This document shows, piece by piece, positions 1 through 7,701 of a DNA stretch of 20,000 nucleotides. The first letter of the stretch is position 1; each line of letters opens with the position of its first letter. Source of the stretch: an uncultured virus (IMG/VR IMGVR_UViG_3300042477_000341). Its lineage: Duplodnaviria > Heunggongvirae > Uroviricota > Caudoviricetes. Both the position numbers and the translations under genes were made by a program. The stretch is taken from IMG/VR virus record IMGVR_UViG_3300042477_000341; one strand, 5' to 3'. The notes beneath the pieces are model-generated. The model was not told the origin of the DNA. It ran no database searches and saw only the letters and a program-made list of their open reading frames with translations.

Positions 1-19
1 CAATCTTATTTAATTCCAT
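1..19 (-). CDS. 5' end of a gene running off the window (MELNKI...), leaderless
   Basis: ATG at 19, 6 nt downstream of an extended -10 (TGG-TATACT, 26-34). Confidence 0.5.
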
Positions 20-35
20 AACCTTAGTATACCAC

Positions 36-470
36 TTATTCTTTTATCTTATTCTTTGCATTACACACTGAAGCGTTGTATACATATAGGCCTAGTCCAT
101 CTTCAAACTTATCATAAAATCCAGCGTTTCCTGCCGATTTTCTTGCAGTATCCACCAGCAATACACCCTTAGCAATCCATAGCTCTCTTTGAGGTGGATT
201 GGCTATAAACCATCTATCTGTTAATAGCCTTTGCCTTTCTGCTATTTTTAAGACCTCTTGGCTATCATGTGGCAACCTTGACCTAAAAGCCTCTAAGAAA
301 TCATATATTATGTCCAAAGATTCTATCTTCATCTCTTCCCAGTCTTCTCTGGTATAAGTAGACATTCTATCTTTCATTACACTTAGCTCTTCTGGAGGTG
401 TATCAAAAGACTTCCATAGTTCTACGCATGATGTTCCCTCTTTTGATAAAATCTCAGAATATTTTTCCAT
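36..470 (-). CDS. Stand-alone TipAS-like (MerR antibiotic-recognition) domain protein
   Basis: YTREDWEEMK, PHDSQEVLKIAERQR..RWF and FYDKFEDGLGLYVYNA resemble TipAS helices; no HTH. Confidence 0.6.
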   Translation of the reverse strand: MEKYSEILSKEGTSCVELWKSFDTPPEELSVMKDRMSTYTREDWEEMKIESLDIIYDFLEAFRSRLPHDSQEVLKIAERQRLLTDRWFIANPPQRELWIAKGVLLVDTARKSAGNAGFYDKFEDGLGLYVYNASVCNAKNKIKE

Positions 471-471
471 T

Positions 472-624
472 TTATTTTTTTATAATCCTTTTGATCTGAC
501 ATAAACAATCAGGGCATTCCCCTATATAAAGCATTTTGCCTGAATCCAGGGCTACTATCTCGTTTAGCTTACCGACCACATTTTTTTGACACAAAACACA
601 ATAGGCGCTAACTGTTACAGTCAT
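472..624 (-). CDS. 50-aa zinc-ribbon microprotein (DUF5679-like), not in ORF track
   Basis: Hand translation MTVTVSAYCVLCQKNVVGKLNEIVALDSGKMLYIGECPDCLCQIKRIIKK; two CxxC; ATGA overlap with upstream stop. Confidence 0.75.
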   Translation of the reverse strand: MTVTVSAYCVLCQKNVVGKLNEIVALDSGKMLYIGECPDCLCQIKRIIKK

Positions 625-758
625 AGGTCATATTTAGACTGGCTTATTGGAACGTATTGAGCAGGTGTCTCTTCTTCATCAGGCTCTTCGTGCCACAGCA
701 CATGCATTGACATAAACTTTTCTTCCACCATGCAGTAGCATATAGGACAACTGGTCAT
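621..758 (-). CDS. 45-aa C2H2-like microprotein (start revised from 830)
   Basis: MTSCPICYCMVEEKFMSMHVLWH...; ATG at 758 overlaps TGA of the 755-895 ORF (ATGA). Confidence 0.65.
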   Translation of the reverse strand: MTSCPICYCMVEEKFMSMHVLWHEEPDEEETPAQYVPISQSKYDL

Positions 759-895
759 GCAAGGATCTCTACAGGTATCATAGCCATACATCTTGTACAG
801 TGTTGATATGTCCTGCCCGTAAATGGGCACGATCCAGCAGCAACCAATACGTGATCTTTAAATCGACATATAATAGATTTAATTAAGTTCTTCAT
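755..895 (-). CDS. 46-aa Cys/His microprotein, not in ORF track
   Basis: MKNLIKSIICRFKDHVLVAAGSCPFTGRTYQHCTRCMAMIPVEILA; ATGA-coupled on both sides. Confidence 0.7.
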   Translation of the reverse strand: MKNLIKSIICRFKDHVLVAAGSCPFTGRTYQHCTRCMAMIPVEILA

Positions 896-1122
896 ATCCA
901 TACACCTTTTTCTGCTTCTCGTCTCCATAGTAAGTAAGATTTAATATAAACTATGGCATAGGCTATTGCTGAGAGAATAAATCCATACTGATTAGTAATT
1001 AAGGCATATGCTATCCATAATACCTCATTAAATAAAAGAACAAACCATCCCCAGATAGTTTTACGACCTACAAAGAATATACCTGTGACTCCGATTGCTG
1101 CTAATACATATGACCACATCAT
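892..1122 (-). CDS. Small 3-TM membrane protein, PnuC/semiSWEET-like half transporter
   Basis: Three hydrophobic segments; GRKTIWGW and NQYG..W pattern. Confidence 0.55.
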   Translation of the reverse strand: MMWSYVLAAIGVTGIFFVGRKTIWGWFVLLFNEVLWIAYALITNQYGFILSAIAYAIVYIKSYLLWRREAEKGVWI

Positions 1123-1406
1123 TTAGCTTCGGCCTCTTTTTCTCTAGCCCATTGATCTTCCCATAGGCCCATCAATGATTCATTGCCAATGTCGTCAAAG
1201 TAATAACGCTTGGCGTTACTATTATATGTCCAGCCATACCACATATCGCCTTCAGACCATGTTAGATTAGTTGGAGTATCATTCTCTTCGTATTGCTTAA
1301 GCATGCGTAGCAATTCATCATTCTCATGCACAACCGCTTCAATCGCCTCTCTAAGGCGTTTAGGACGCATAAGGTATCTTTCTACAAATTCAATTAACAT
1401 CTTCAT
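1119..1406 (-). CDS. Hypothetical protein (start probably ATG 1406 or 1400)
   Basis: ORF track 1119-1436; start revised because the upstream 1390-1500 ORF occupies the 5' part. Confidence 0.7.
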   Translation of the reverse strand: MKMLIEFVERYLMRPKRLREAIEAVVHENDELLRMLKQYEENDTPTNLTWSEGDMWYGWTYNSNAKRYYFDDIGNESLMGLWEDQWAREKEAEAK

Positions 1407-1500
1407 CTGGATCCTTTTCCCATGTAAGCTTTCCATCTTTATAGACAGGCCAGTAGCCGAGTGGACGCCAGTCCATTTTCATAATCTTGGGCTCTCTCAT
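1390..1500 (-). CDS. 36-aa leaderless microprotein, not in ORF track
   Basis: MREPKIMKMDWRPLGYWPVYKDGKLTWEKDPDEDVN; ATG 6 nt from a TATACT -10. Confidence 0.7.
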   Translation of the reverse strand: MREPKIMKMDWRPLGYWPVYKDGKLTWEKDPDEDVN

Positions 1501-1506
1501 ATATTT

Positions 1507-1535
1507 AGTATACTATATTTGAGCGGTATCGTCAA
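1507..1535 (-). promoter_or_regulatory. Sigma-70/SigA promoter
   Basis: TTGACG-17nt-TATACT. Confidence 0.75.
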
Positions 1536-1540
1536 TGCTT

Positions 1541-1825
1541 TTATACCCAATATTTAATTATAGCAGTTGCTGCAAGAATAGACCATATTATATTAAACCA
1601 GATAATTGTTGGCAATGTTTTAACTGTTGATGACCAAATTAAAGATAAACTGGTTATTAAAGCAATTATGTAAAGCCACCAAATCTGTGTGTTAAATAAA
1701 AGCCCTGGAATAATAATTGCTACCTTAGTCATAAATGCAAAGAACTCAACAGTATTAGGTTTATTCCAGTAAGACTTATGTCCCATACCACGGAGCGTAG
1801 TTATCCATTGTGTTCTAAATTTCAT
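1541..1825 (-). CDS. Small multi-pass membrane protein
   Basis: About 3 hydrophobic helices; ATGA-coupled to the halogenase stop. Confidence 0.7.
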   Translation of the reverse strand: MKFRTQWITTLRGMGHKSYWNKPNTVEFFAFMTKVAIIIPGLLFNTQIWWLYIIALITSLSLIWSSTVKTLPTIIWFNIIWSILAATAIIKYWV

Positions 1826-3336
1826 TTCACATACTCCAAAAACTCTTTATGATCTATGCACAGTTCAATCATATTGTCCCGTAAAAAAAGAAATTGATTA
1901 TACAATTCAATAGAATCTTTATATTCAGCTAAATTGTCAATATAAGTGGCCGCTATAGATTTATTTATTAAGTTTAGCCCAGACCCCACGGCAAGCCAGC
2001 TTACGGATTGCCACACATCTTGATTGTCAAGATCATTAGGAAGTCTATCTTTCCAGGTGTTAATCTTTTCTTTTATCTTTTCTGGCGCATTTTCATAAGA
2101 AAATTTTTGCCAGAATTCAGTATCTTTTCTTAATGTCATATAATGAAAATATATAAAATTAGAAATAATTGTATTAAGATTAAGTATATTTTTATTGAAC
2201 TTTTCTCTTAAATCATCTGAGCTGCCAATAATGTGATCTGCGTTATTAAAAAATGTCCCTATCTGAACCATGCTTACAAAAATAGAAGTTGCCTCTAAAG
2301 GCTCTATAAAGTTTCCTGCTAATCCGATTGCGACACAGTTATTTACCCAGGTTTCTTCGTAGCAACCAGCATCAAACTTAAATCCACCCTTATCTTTTCT
2401 AGGATACGTTGGAGCATAACCTAACATACTTTCTATTTCTGCTACTGCTTCTTGCTCTGAAATTAAAGATGAATCGTATACGTAGCCACACCCGAACCTA
2501 TTCTGCAATGGGATCTTCCACATCCATCCATACTTCATTGCGATTGCTTCTGTATATGGTGGAATTTCATCTGTCATATTAGTAAAAAATGGTATAGCAG
2601 CGTCCACTGGTAAAAATTCTTTATAGCTTTTCCATTTTGAATTAAATGTTTTGCCAATAATAAGCCTATGAAATCCACTGCAATCAAAAACAAAATCACA
2701 TTGAACTGATTCATTGTTTTCTAAAACTAAAGACTCTACATAATTTTTGTCACTTAGGCCTACTGTTTTTATTTTGCCTTCTACAATTTTAATTCCACGA
2801 CTTAGCGCAACTTCTTTTAGTTTATTTGCTAGCTTTGTGGCATTAAAGTGAACTGATATACCTGATAAGTTTTCAAAATCTAAAAGTTTATTTTTATGTT
2901 TTTTTGCTCTAAATACAATAGGAACTTTATTTTTTTCTGAAACATTTTCTGGAAAGTCTACTTCTTTTAAACCATTGTTTATCGCAATGCTTGCTACTTT
3001 TGCTGCACTAGGATTTAAATGGCTATAAAAAGCATTGCCAATTTTTGAATCGTTATAAAACCCATGGTAGTAGAAATTATTATCATTGTTCCAATTAGTA
3101 AATTTAATTCCATTCTTTATTGTTGCATCACAATCTTTTACTAAATCTGATATTGATATTCCTAAATCTTCAAGGAATTGAACAAGCATTGGAGTAGAGC
3201 CTTCTCCTGCACCTAGTATGCCTATTTCTGCTGACTCTATAACAGTAATGTTGTCATTTGGTAATTGTTTTTTTGCATACAAAGCGGTTAACCATCCAGC
3301 AGTTCCACCACCTACAACTACTATGTTTTTTGGCAT
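1822..3336 (-). CDS. Flavin-dependent tryptophan halogenase-family protein (PrnA/RebH/VirX1-like)
   Basis: VVVGGGTAG FAD motif, GAGEGS, ATIKNGIKF (catalytic Lys position), DCSGF, WMWKIP (WxWxIP), FIEPLEATSI; ATG 3336 overlaps upstream TAA. Confidence 0.92.
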   Translation of the reverse strand: MPKNIVVVGGGTAGWLTALYAKKQLPNDNITVIESAEIGILGAGEGSTPMLVQFLEDLGISISDLVKDCDATIKNGIKFTNWNNDNNFYYHGFYNDSKIGNAFYSHLNPSAAKVASIAINNGLKEVDFPENVSEKNKVPIVFRAKKHKNKLLDFENLSGISVHFNATKLANKLKEVALSRGIKIVEGKIKTVGLSDKNYVESLVLENNESVQCDFVFDCSGFHRLIIGKTFNSKWKSYKEFLPVDAAIPFFTNMTDEIPPYTEAIAMKYGWMWKIPLQNRFGCGYVYDSSLISEQEAVAEIESMLGYAPTYPRKDKGGFKFDAGCYEETWVNNCVAIGLAGNFIEPLEATSIFVSMVQIGTFFNNADHIIGSSDDLREKFNKNILNLNTIISNFIYFHYMTLRKDTEFWQKFSYENAPEKIKEKINTWKDRLPNDLDNQDVWQSVSWLAVGSGLNLINKSIAATYIDNLAEYKDSIELYNQFLFLRDNMIELCIDHKEFLEYVK

Positions 3337-3539
3337 TACTTTCTGCCCCATTTAACTTTGTTCCATCCACGCTCATGAAAGTAATAAAGGATTGTTTTTG
3401 TAATTACCTCAAAGCTTGCGATTGCTCCTGCTGTAACTGGTTCTTTAGTTATCAACCAAGATATAACAAATGTATCTGCCGTTCCTATTAAACGCCATGT
3501 AACAGCCTTTAGCGCTGATCTTTGCTTAGATACATTCAT
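3336..3539 (-). CDS. DUF2061-family small membrane protein
   Basis: RSALKAVTWRLIGT...YYFHERGWNKVKWG signature; start probably ATG 3539. Confidence 0.85.
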   Translation of the reverse strand: MNVSKQRSALKAVTWRLIGTADTFVISWLITKEPVTAGAIASFEVITKTILYYFHERGWNKVKWGRK

Positions 3540-3584
3540 GATGGCCACTCAATATTATTTGGCTTAGTAACAAAGTTCCAGACT

Positions 3585-4340
3585 TTAGATGCCCATCTCT
3601 TTACGTTTTTGCGTAGCACTAATAGCTTCAATTTCTGCTCCTAACGATACTTGTTCAATCTTATACCCTACATCACGTCCATAAACAATGTTGGTAATGT
3701 TAGGCATCTTAATTACCATTGCTTTATCCATAATAGGATCCTGAGATATGTATCCCTTTACCTGCTCAAAGTCTAGTGGATCTTTATCGGTAGTCTTATA
3801 AGTATTTCTTACACCAAGCATTACCTGATCTGTCCTGTTCCCCGCCTCTTCATACAAAGCGTGATGTCCTTCATGCCAAGGCTGATATCTACCAAGCATC
3901 AAAGTGGTTGGCTGTCTCCAGTCATGTAGTTCAAAATCAATACATGCAATTCTTGCTGCAACGTTATACTCTGTCATGTCGTCAAACATTAAATCTGGAT
4001 TAGCGGGTGTTTCCCACATAGCAGTTGTATCTGGAAAATCTCTAACTGGCTTTCTATTCATCCAAACAACTTTATCTGGATCACCAAATGCTGCTCTTGT
4101 CTCTGCCGTTGGATTAACAAAGTCTACAACAACATGATATCCTTGATTAGACAGTAGTCTAGATAAAGCACCCATTCTACGGGCCTGCTCTAGTCTGTCC
4201 TCTGGGCTAAAACCTAAGTCTTTATTTAACTCTGCTCTTACTGCGTCTGCATTTAAATGAACTGCATTAATTCTATCCGCTAGTTCTTTTGCAAAAGTAG
4301 TTTTTCCAGCTCCTGGGAGCCCTATAACTTGTATGATCAT
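3585..4340 (-). CDS. cysC: Adenylylsulfate kinase (CysC-like) fused to an HxGH nucleotidyltransferase domain
   Basis: P-loop GLPGAGKTT; LNADAVRAELNKDLGFSPEDR APS-kinase motif; C-terminal GRYQPWHEGH. Confidence 0.8.
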   Translation of the reverse strand: MIIQVIGLPGAGKTTFAKELADRINAVHLNADAVRAELNKDLGFSPEDRLEQARRMGALSRLLSNQGYHVVVDFVNPTAETRAAFGDPDKVVWMNRKPVRDFPDTTAMWETPANPDLMFDDMTEYNVAARIACIDFELHDWRQPTTLMLGRYQPWHEGHHALYEEAGNRTDQVMLGVRNTYKTTDKDPLDFEQVKGYISQDPIMDKAMVIKMPNITNIVYGRDVGYKIEQVSLGAEIEAISATQKRKEMGI

Positions 4341-4346
4341 ACTTCA

Positions 4347-4375
4347 ATTATATAATAATTTATTAGGTCTGTCAA
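4347..4375 (-). promoter_or_regulatory. Consensus SigA promoter, leaderless cysC-like gene
   Basis: TTGACA-17nt-TATAAT, 6 nt before ATG 4340. Confidence 0.85.
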
Positions 4376-5064
4376 GAGTCAATTCTCCAATAATTTGCAT
4401 TTTTGTATAAATCATCATCTATTTTATTGTATTTTCTAATCAAATCTTTTTCTTTATCTGAAAGCTTATTAAATAAATCAGTAGATTCAAAATTTAAAAA
4501 AGACTTAGAGGTCTCTGACCTTGGATTTGCATGAAACATTCCTAAATCACGAAATATTTTTTTCTGTATTACTAAATCTTTACCAGATATATCTTTTATA
4601 TCAAGGAATAGGTTTACCCTATCTTTTCTTTCATTAAACAAGTCATAGTTAAATATCCTTCTATTGCCGTAAATTTCAAACCTATTTAATTCATGATGCA
4701 AAAAAGATCTAGCTTGAAAATTTGGAAAAACTGGGTCGTGATTTTGGAACTCTATTAGGTTTTCTACTGTCAAAGCGCTAGAGTTATAGTTTTCTTTTAA
4801 ATTTCCCTCGTTATCAAGACAAATAACATGAGCAAAATAGCTAACGGCATGCTCAACTGGGTCTCTTAATGCGCTTATGACATATGTCTTTTCATCTATT
4901 CTTGAATGCCAGCCATTGTGCGAATCGTCATTCCACATCATTAACTCAATGCCACGTTCATTTAACTGCCTCCTCATTGGAGAAAGAACATTTCTTCTTA
5001 TATACCTACCGCCAGTTTTCATGGTATGCAAAAAATATACTTTATTATATTTCAAGGGTGCCAA
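4372..5064 (-). CDS. PAPS-dependent sulfotransferase (Sulfotransfer_2-like)
   Basis: 5'-PSB-like FLHTMKTGG; 3'-PB-like LRDPVEHAVSYF; C-terminal NKIDDDLY. Confidence 0.8.
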   Translation of the reverse strand: MAPLKYNKVYFLHTMKTGGRYIRRNVLSPMRRQLNERGIELMMWNDDSHNGWHSRIDEKTYVISALRDPVEHAVSYFAHVICLDNEGNLKENYNSSALTVENLIEFQNHDPVFPNFQARSFLHHELNRFEIYGNRRIFNYDLFNERKDRVNLFLDIKDISGKDLVIQKKIFRDLGMFHANPRSETSKSFLNFESTDLFNKLSDKEKDLIRKYNKIDDDLYKNANYWRIDS

Positions 5065-5691
5065 TTACTTATACTCTCCCCAAGGTAGCTTTTTAACTTT
5101 TGAATTTGGATTATGGTTAACATTGTTTGGAATTACTGTCTTAAAAAAAACATCTTTTACTGAATCAGGTAGATTCTTTAATGTCTTTATGTCCTCCATT
5201 ATTTTATGGCCTAGCGGAACAAGATTAACATAAAGCATTATCATAAAATCTTCATCTGATCCAGGGTAGGGTGGCCTTGAGTGATAGTCTTCATCCCCTT
5301 TAAGGAATACTGCAGAATTATCTTTACACTCCATGTCCGTGTCTTCTATTGTCAGTGGCCAATTTAATGTTGTTTCAATTGTTATGTCTAGGGTATATAT
5401 GGCATAAAAATTATCAACATGATTATCAAGCCTTGGAACCGATTCGCCTTCTTTTTTATACTTAATGCATTGAGTATAGGCTATGTCTAAATCCTCAATA
5501 CCCGTCTTTTCTCTTGCCTTGTTTATAATCTTATTATGCAAATCTTCTGGGAAGTCTATCAGGTTCCAATATCTACCATAATACGGAGCGTAGTTAAAGT
5601 CCTTAGATTTTTCCATATGTTCGTAGACATAGTTTTTTATTCCCGTATACGTTTCTTGATCAAATATATTTTCAACATAAAAGGATTTCAT
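5065..5691 (-). CDS. 2OG-Fe(II) oxygenase-like protein
   Basis: Y...LDNHVD (HxD), WPL, distal HSR. Confidence 0.7.
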   Translation of the reverse strand: MKSFYVENIFDQETYTGIKNYVYEHMEKSKDFNYAPYYGRYWNLIDFPEDLHNKIINKAREKTGIEDLDIAYTQCIKYKKEGESVPRLDNHVDNFYAIYTLDITIETTLNWPLTIEDTDMECKDNSAVFLKGDEDYHSRPPYPGSDEDFMIMLYVNLVPLGHKIMEDIKTLKNLPDSVKDVFFKTVIPNNVNHNPNSKVKKLPWGEYK

Positions 5692-6389
5692 TTGTACTCT
5701 TTCCTTGCCCAGAATATATTTCTGTAGGCATCAAATAGCTTGGCAGATACTGCTCTTTTGTTATTTGCGCTTCTCTTCTTGTCTATAGGGACAACTTCCA
5801 TTTTGTAAGGTTCCCTCTTAAATGGAATTACTTGGGCTATAGGTGTTCCAGCCTCAATCATTCCTTCAAAATTATCGTTCTTTAGGTTAAATGGCAAGTT
5901 TATTTTTTCATAATATTTATCTGTATCAACTATTCCTGAAAGGACTACAATCTGATTGTCTCTATGCATTGGGGGTATAATCAAACAAGAATACCCTGGC
6001 TCTGTTTTAATCATCCACTGGTTTTCAATTTTAAGCTGATGCCCTAAAGTATTATCTGGGTGACCCTGAACTTGAAACTCAACATGTTGAGTAAGAACTT
6101 TTCCGCTTTCTTCATCACCTTCTGTTCTCCAGTGAAAGAATGGTCCTGTTTCTGTTTGTTCGCAGTAGATGTCTCGTCCTAATAAAATTAAATAACCTGC
6201 TGTCATCGAATCAAATACGGGAACACACTTTTTAATAGTAACAAATGCTTCATCGATACTTGGCTTTTTATCGTTATTCAAATATGACTTAGCATTCTTA
6301 TACCACTCTGGTATAAGCTTACTTGCAGGAGTTGGGTTATAAAGAGATTCGGTGTCGTCAATTATTGAAAAATATATTTTTTTAGCCAT
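5688..6389 (-). CDS. Conserved phage hypothetical protein (DUF6065-like beta-rich fold suspected)
   Basis: PEWYK, TIKKCVP..D, WMIKTEPGYS, GIVDTD, GTPIAQVIPFKR. Confidence 0.75.
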   Translation of the reverse strand: MAKKIYFSIIDDTESLYNPTPASKLIPEWYKNAKSYLNNDKKPSIDEAFVTIKKCVPVFDSMTAGYLILLGRDIYCEQTETGPFFHWRTEGDEESGKVLTQHVEFQVQGHPDNTLGHQLKIENQWMIKTEPGYSCLIIPPMHRDNQIVVLSGIVDTDKYYEKINLPFNLKNDNFEGMIEAGTPIAQVIPFKREPYKMEVVPIDKKRSANNKRAVSAKLFDAYRNIFWARKEYK

Positions 6390-6395
6390 GCATCT

Positions 6396-6424
6396 ATTCT
6401 ATCTAATGTATGCAATATAGTCAA
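6396..6424 (-). promoter_or_regulatory. SigA promoter, leaderless
   Basis: TTGACT-17nt-TAGAAT, 6 nt before ATG 6389. Confidence 0.8.
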
Positions 6425-6428
6425 TAGA

Positions 6429-6518
6429 CTATATTGGTGAATCTAATATTTCGTCTACTGCATCATCTATCGTTCTTCCGCCGTGCTCTGATGAACAGTT
6501 TCCACAATTCTTACACAT
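6429..6518 (-). CDS. 29-aa Cys-rich microprotein, not in ORF track
   Basis: MCKNCGNCSSEHGGRTIDDAVDEILDSPI with AAGGA SD. Confidence 0.55.
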   Translation of the reverse strand: MCKNCGNCSSEHGGRTIDDAVDEILDSPI

Positions 6519-6534
6519 ATTTATCCTTAAAGTA

Positions 6535-6560
6535 ATATGGCCCCATTTCTGAGGCCATAT
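6535..6560. terminator. Stem-loop (possible terminator or processing site)
   Basis: ATATGGCC...GGCCATAT inverted repeat just after stop 6569; weak U-tract. Confidence 0.45.
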
Positions 6561-6568
6561 CTATTTAG

Positions 6569-6769
6569 TTATACTTTTTTAGGTCTGCCTTTTCTTGGTG
6601 GCTTTGGGTCTAGCGATGTTTCTCTTCGTATGCCATGCTTATTTTGGTCTATCTTAATTCCAGATCTTGTTCCTTGTTTAGGATACTTTCTTGGTGTTTC
6701 TCGACTTGTGACCGCTCCTGATGGCTCAGAAACTGGTGGTGTTGCCATACCTGTTCCGTTTTCACTCAT
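6569..6769 (-). CDS. 66-aa basic protein with AT-hook-like C-terminus
   Basis: ends PKPPRKGRPKKV. Confidence 0.7.
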   Translation of the reverse strand: MSENGTGMATPPVSEPSGAVTSRETPRKYPKQGTRSGIKIDQNKHGIRRETSLDPKPPRKGRPKKV

Positions 6770-6911
6770 TGATAAATTGTCTTGTCTGCTCAGGTGTTGA
6801 AGTCATGTTTAATGTTAAACCTGATTCACCATCTCTTGAAACATCAGTGATAGTAACTGGAACAATACCAGTCTCGCTACCGAATGCTTCGCATCCACAT
6901 TCAATACACAT
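6762..6911 (-). CDS. 49-aa microprotein with N-terminal CxxCxC, not in ORF track
   Basis: MCIECGCEAFGSETGIVPVTITDVSRDGESGLTLNMTSTPEQTRQFINE; TAATG coupling. Confidence 0.7.
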   Translation of the reverse strand: MCIECGCEAFGSETGIVPVTITDVSRDGESGLTLNMTSTPEQTRQFINE

Positions 6912-7060
6912 TAGACGCCTCGGTTTGCCCAGGCGTTCGCCCAGTAATCTACTACAGCGTCCGCATTTGATGCTGGTGCTGGTGTTTCTGCCTTTGGCTT
7001 TGCTTCTTCTACAACTACCGTTTCAACAACTGGTGTTGGATCAATATCTTTTTCTGACAT
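6911..7060 (-). CDS. 49-aa microprotein, not in ORF track
   Basis: MSEKDIDPTPVVETVVVEEAKPKAETPAPASNADAVVDYWANAWANRGV; starts 2 nt after upstream stop. Confidence 0.7.
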   Translation of the reverse strand: MSEKDIDPTPVVETVVVEEAKPKAETPAPASNADAVVDYWANAWANRGV

Positions 7061-7062
7061 GA

Positions 7063-7224
7063 TTACTTACCGTTGTTTCCGAGACCTGCGCCATCTTGTG
7101 ATGACTTGTCTGCTGCTGCTGGGAATGATCCTGTAGCTGGTGAGTAATCTCCAGATGCATCGATTGAGTTTTTTCCTGCTGGCTTTGTTTCGTTAAATCC
7201 TGTTAAGTTAATTCCGTCTGACAT
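7063..7224 (-). CDS. 53-aa Gly/Ala/Ser-rich microprotein, not in ORF track
   Basis: MSDGINLTGFNETKPAGKNSIDASGDYSPATGSFPAAADKSSQDGAGLGNNGK; strong SD AGGAG. Confidence 0.75.
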   Translation of the reverse strand: MSDGINLTGFNETKPAGKNSIDASGDYSPATGSFPAAADKSSQDGAGLGNNGK

Positions 7225-7281
7225 TTTGTTTCTCCTATAGGTTATTTATTTAAGCGGGACTAGTATTCCGCTCATCCCTCT

Positions 7282-7290
7282 ATTATAGCA
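7282..7290 (-). promoter_or_regulatory. Extended -10 promoter of the microprotein operon
   Basis: TGC-TATAAT, followed by a leader hairpin and AGGAG SD. Confidence 0.65.
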
Positions 7291-7299
7291 TTTAGTTGA

Positions 7300-7422
7300 T
7301 TAGGACCTGTATCGCTCATGCCAGCAGTCATCGCATATATCTATGATAGGGCCTTCTGGCTTTGAAGTAAGTCTGGTTGCTTTTTTACCGCATCCCGCCA
7401 TTTCACATAATCCGCTAAACAT
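7300..7422 (-). CDS. 40-aa zinc-finger microprotein, not in ORF track
   Basis: MFSGLCEMAGCGKKATRLTSKPEGPIIDICDDCWHERYRS; TAATG coupling. Confidence 0.7.
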   Translation of the reverse strand: MFSGLCEMAGCGKKATRLTSKPEGPIIDICDDCWHERYRS

Positions 7423-7568
7423 TATTTAATGCCATTTTTAGCAGGGCCTTGTTTATAGGGGCCTAGGTCAGCCTTAATTGACCCATCTTTTCTAATTCTA
7501 ACTATTCTGCCATCTTTAATAATTGTTTTATTAAAAGGGTGTTTTGTTTTGCCTTTTTTATCAGCCAT
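7422..7568 (-). CDS. 48-aa basic microprotein, not in ORF track
   Basis: MADKKGKTKHPFNKTIIKDGRIVRIRKDGSIKADLGPYKQGPAKNGIK. Confidence 0.7.
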   Translation of the reverse strand: MADKKGKTKHPFNKTIIKDGRIVRIRKDGSIKADLGPYKQGPAKNGIK

Positions 7569-7701
7569 TACTTTTTTCTATTATCCTTACTATATATCTT
7601 ATTACTTCGTTTGGTCTCCATTCTGGAGGCAATTCTAGACCACTTATCTCGTTAGAGATCTGTCGCCTAATTCTTTCATCTTGATATTCTTCTATGCTCA
7701 C
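7561..7701 (-). CDS. 46-aa microprotein (GTG start), not in ORF track
   Basis: MSIEEYQDERIRRQISNEISGLELPPEWRPNEVIRYIVRIIEKSNG; TAGTG coupling. Confidence 0.55.
   Translation of the reverse strand: MSIEEYQDERIRRQISNEISGLELPPEWRPNEVIRYIVRIIEKSNG

Noticed and set aside
759..830. Track start of the 621-830 ORF
   Set aside because: Region is better explained by the 755-895 ORF with ATGA coupling at 758
3536..3631. Possible 31-aa TTG-start ORF bridging cysC and DUF2061
   Set aside because: ATGA coupling is suggestive, but half of it overlaps cysC and there is no clear SD; insufficient support
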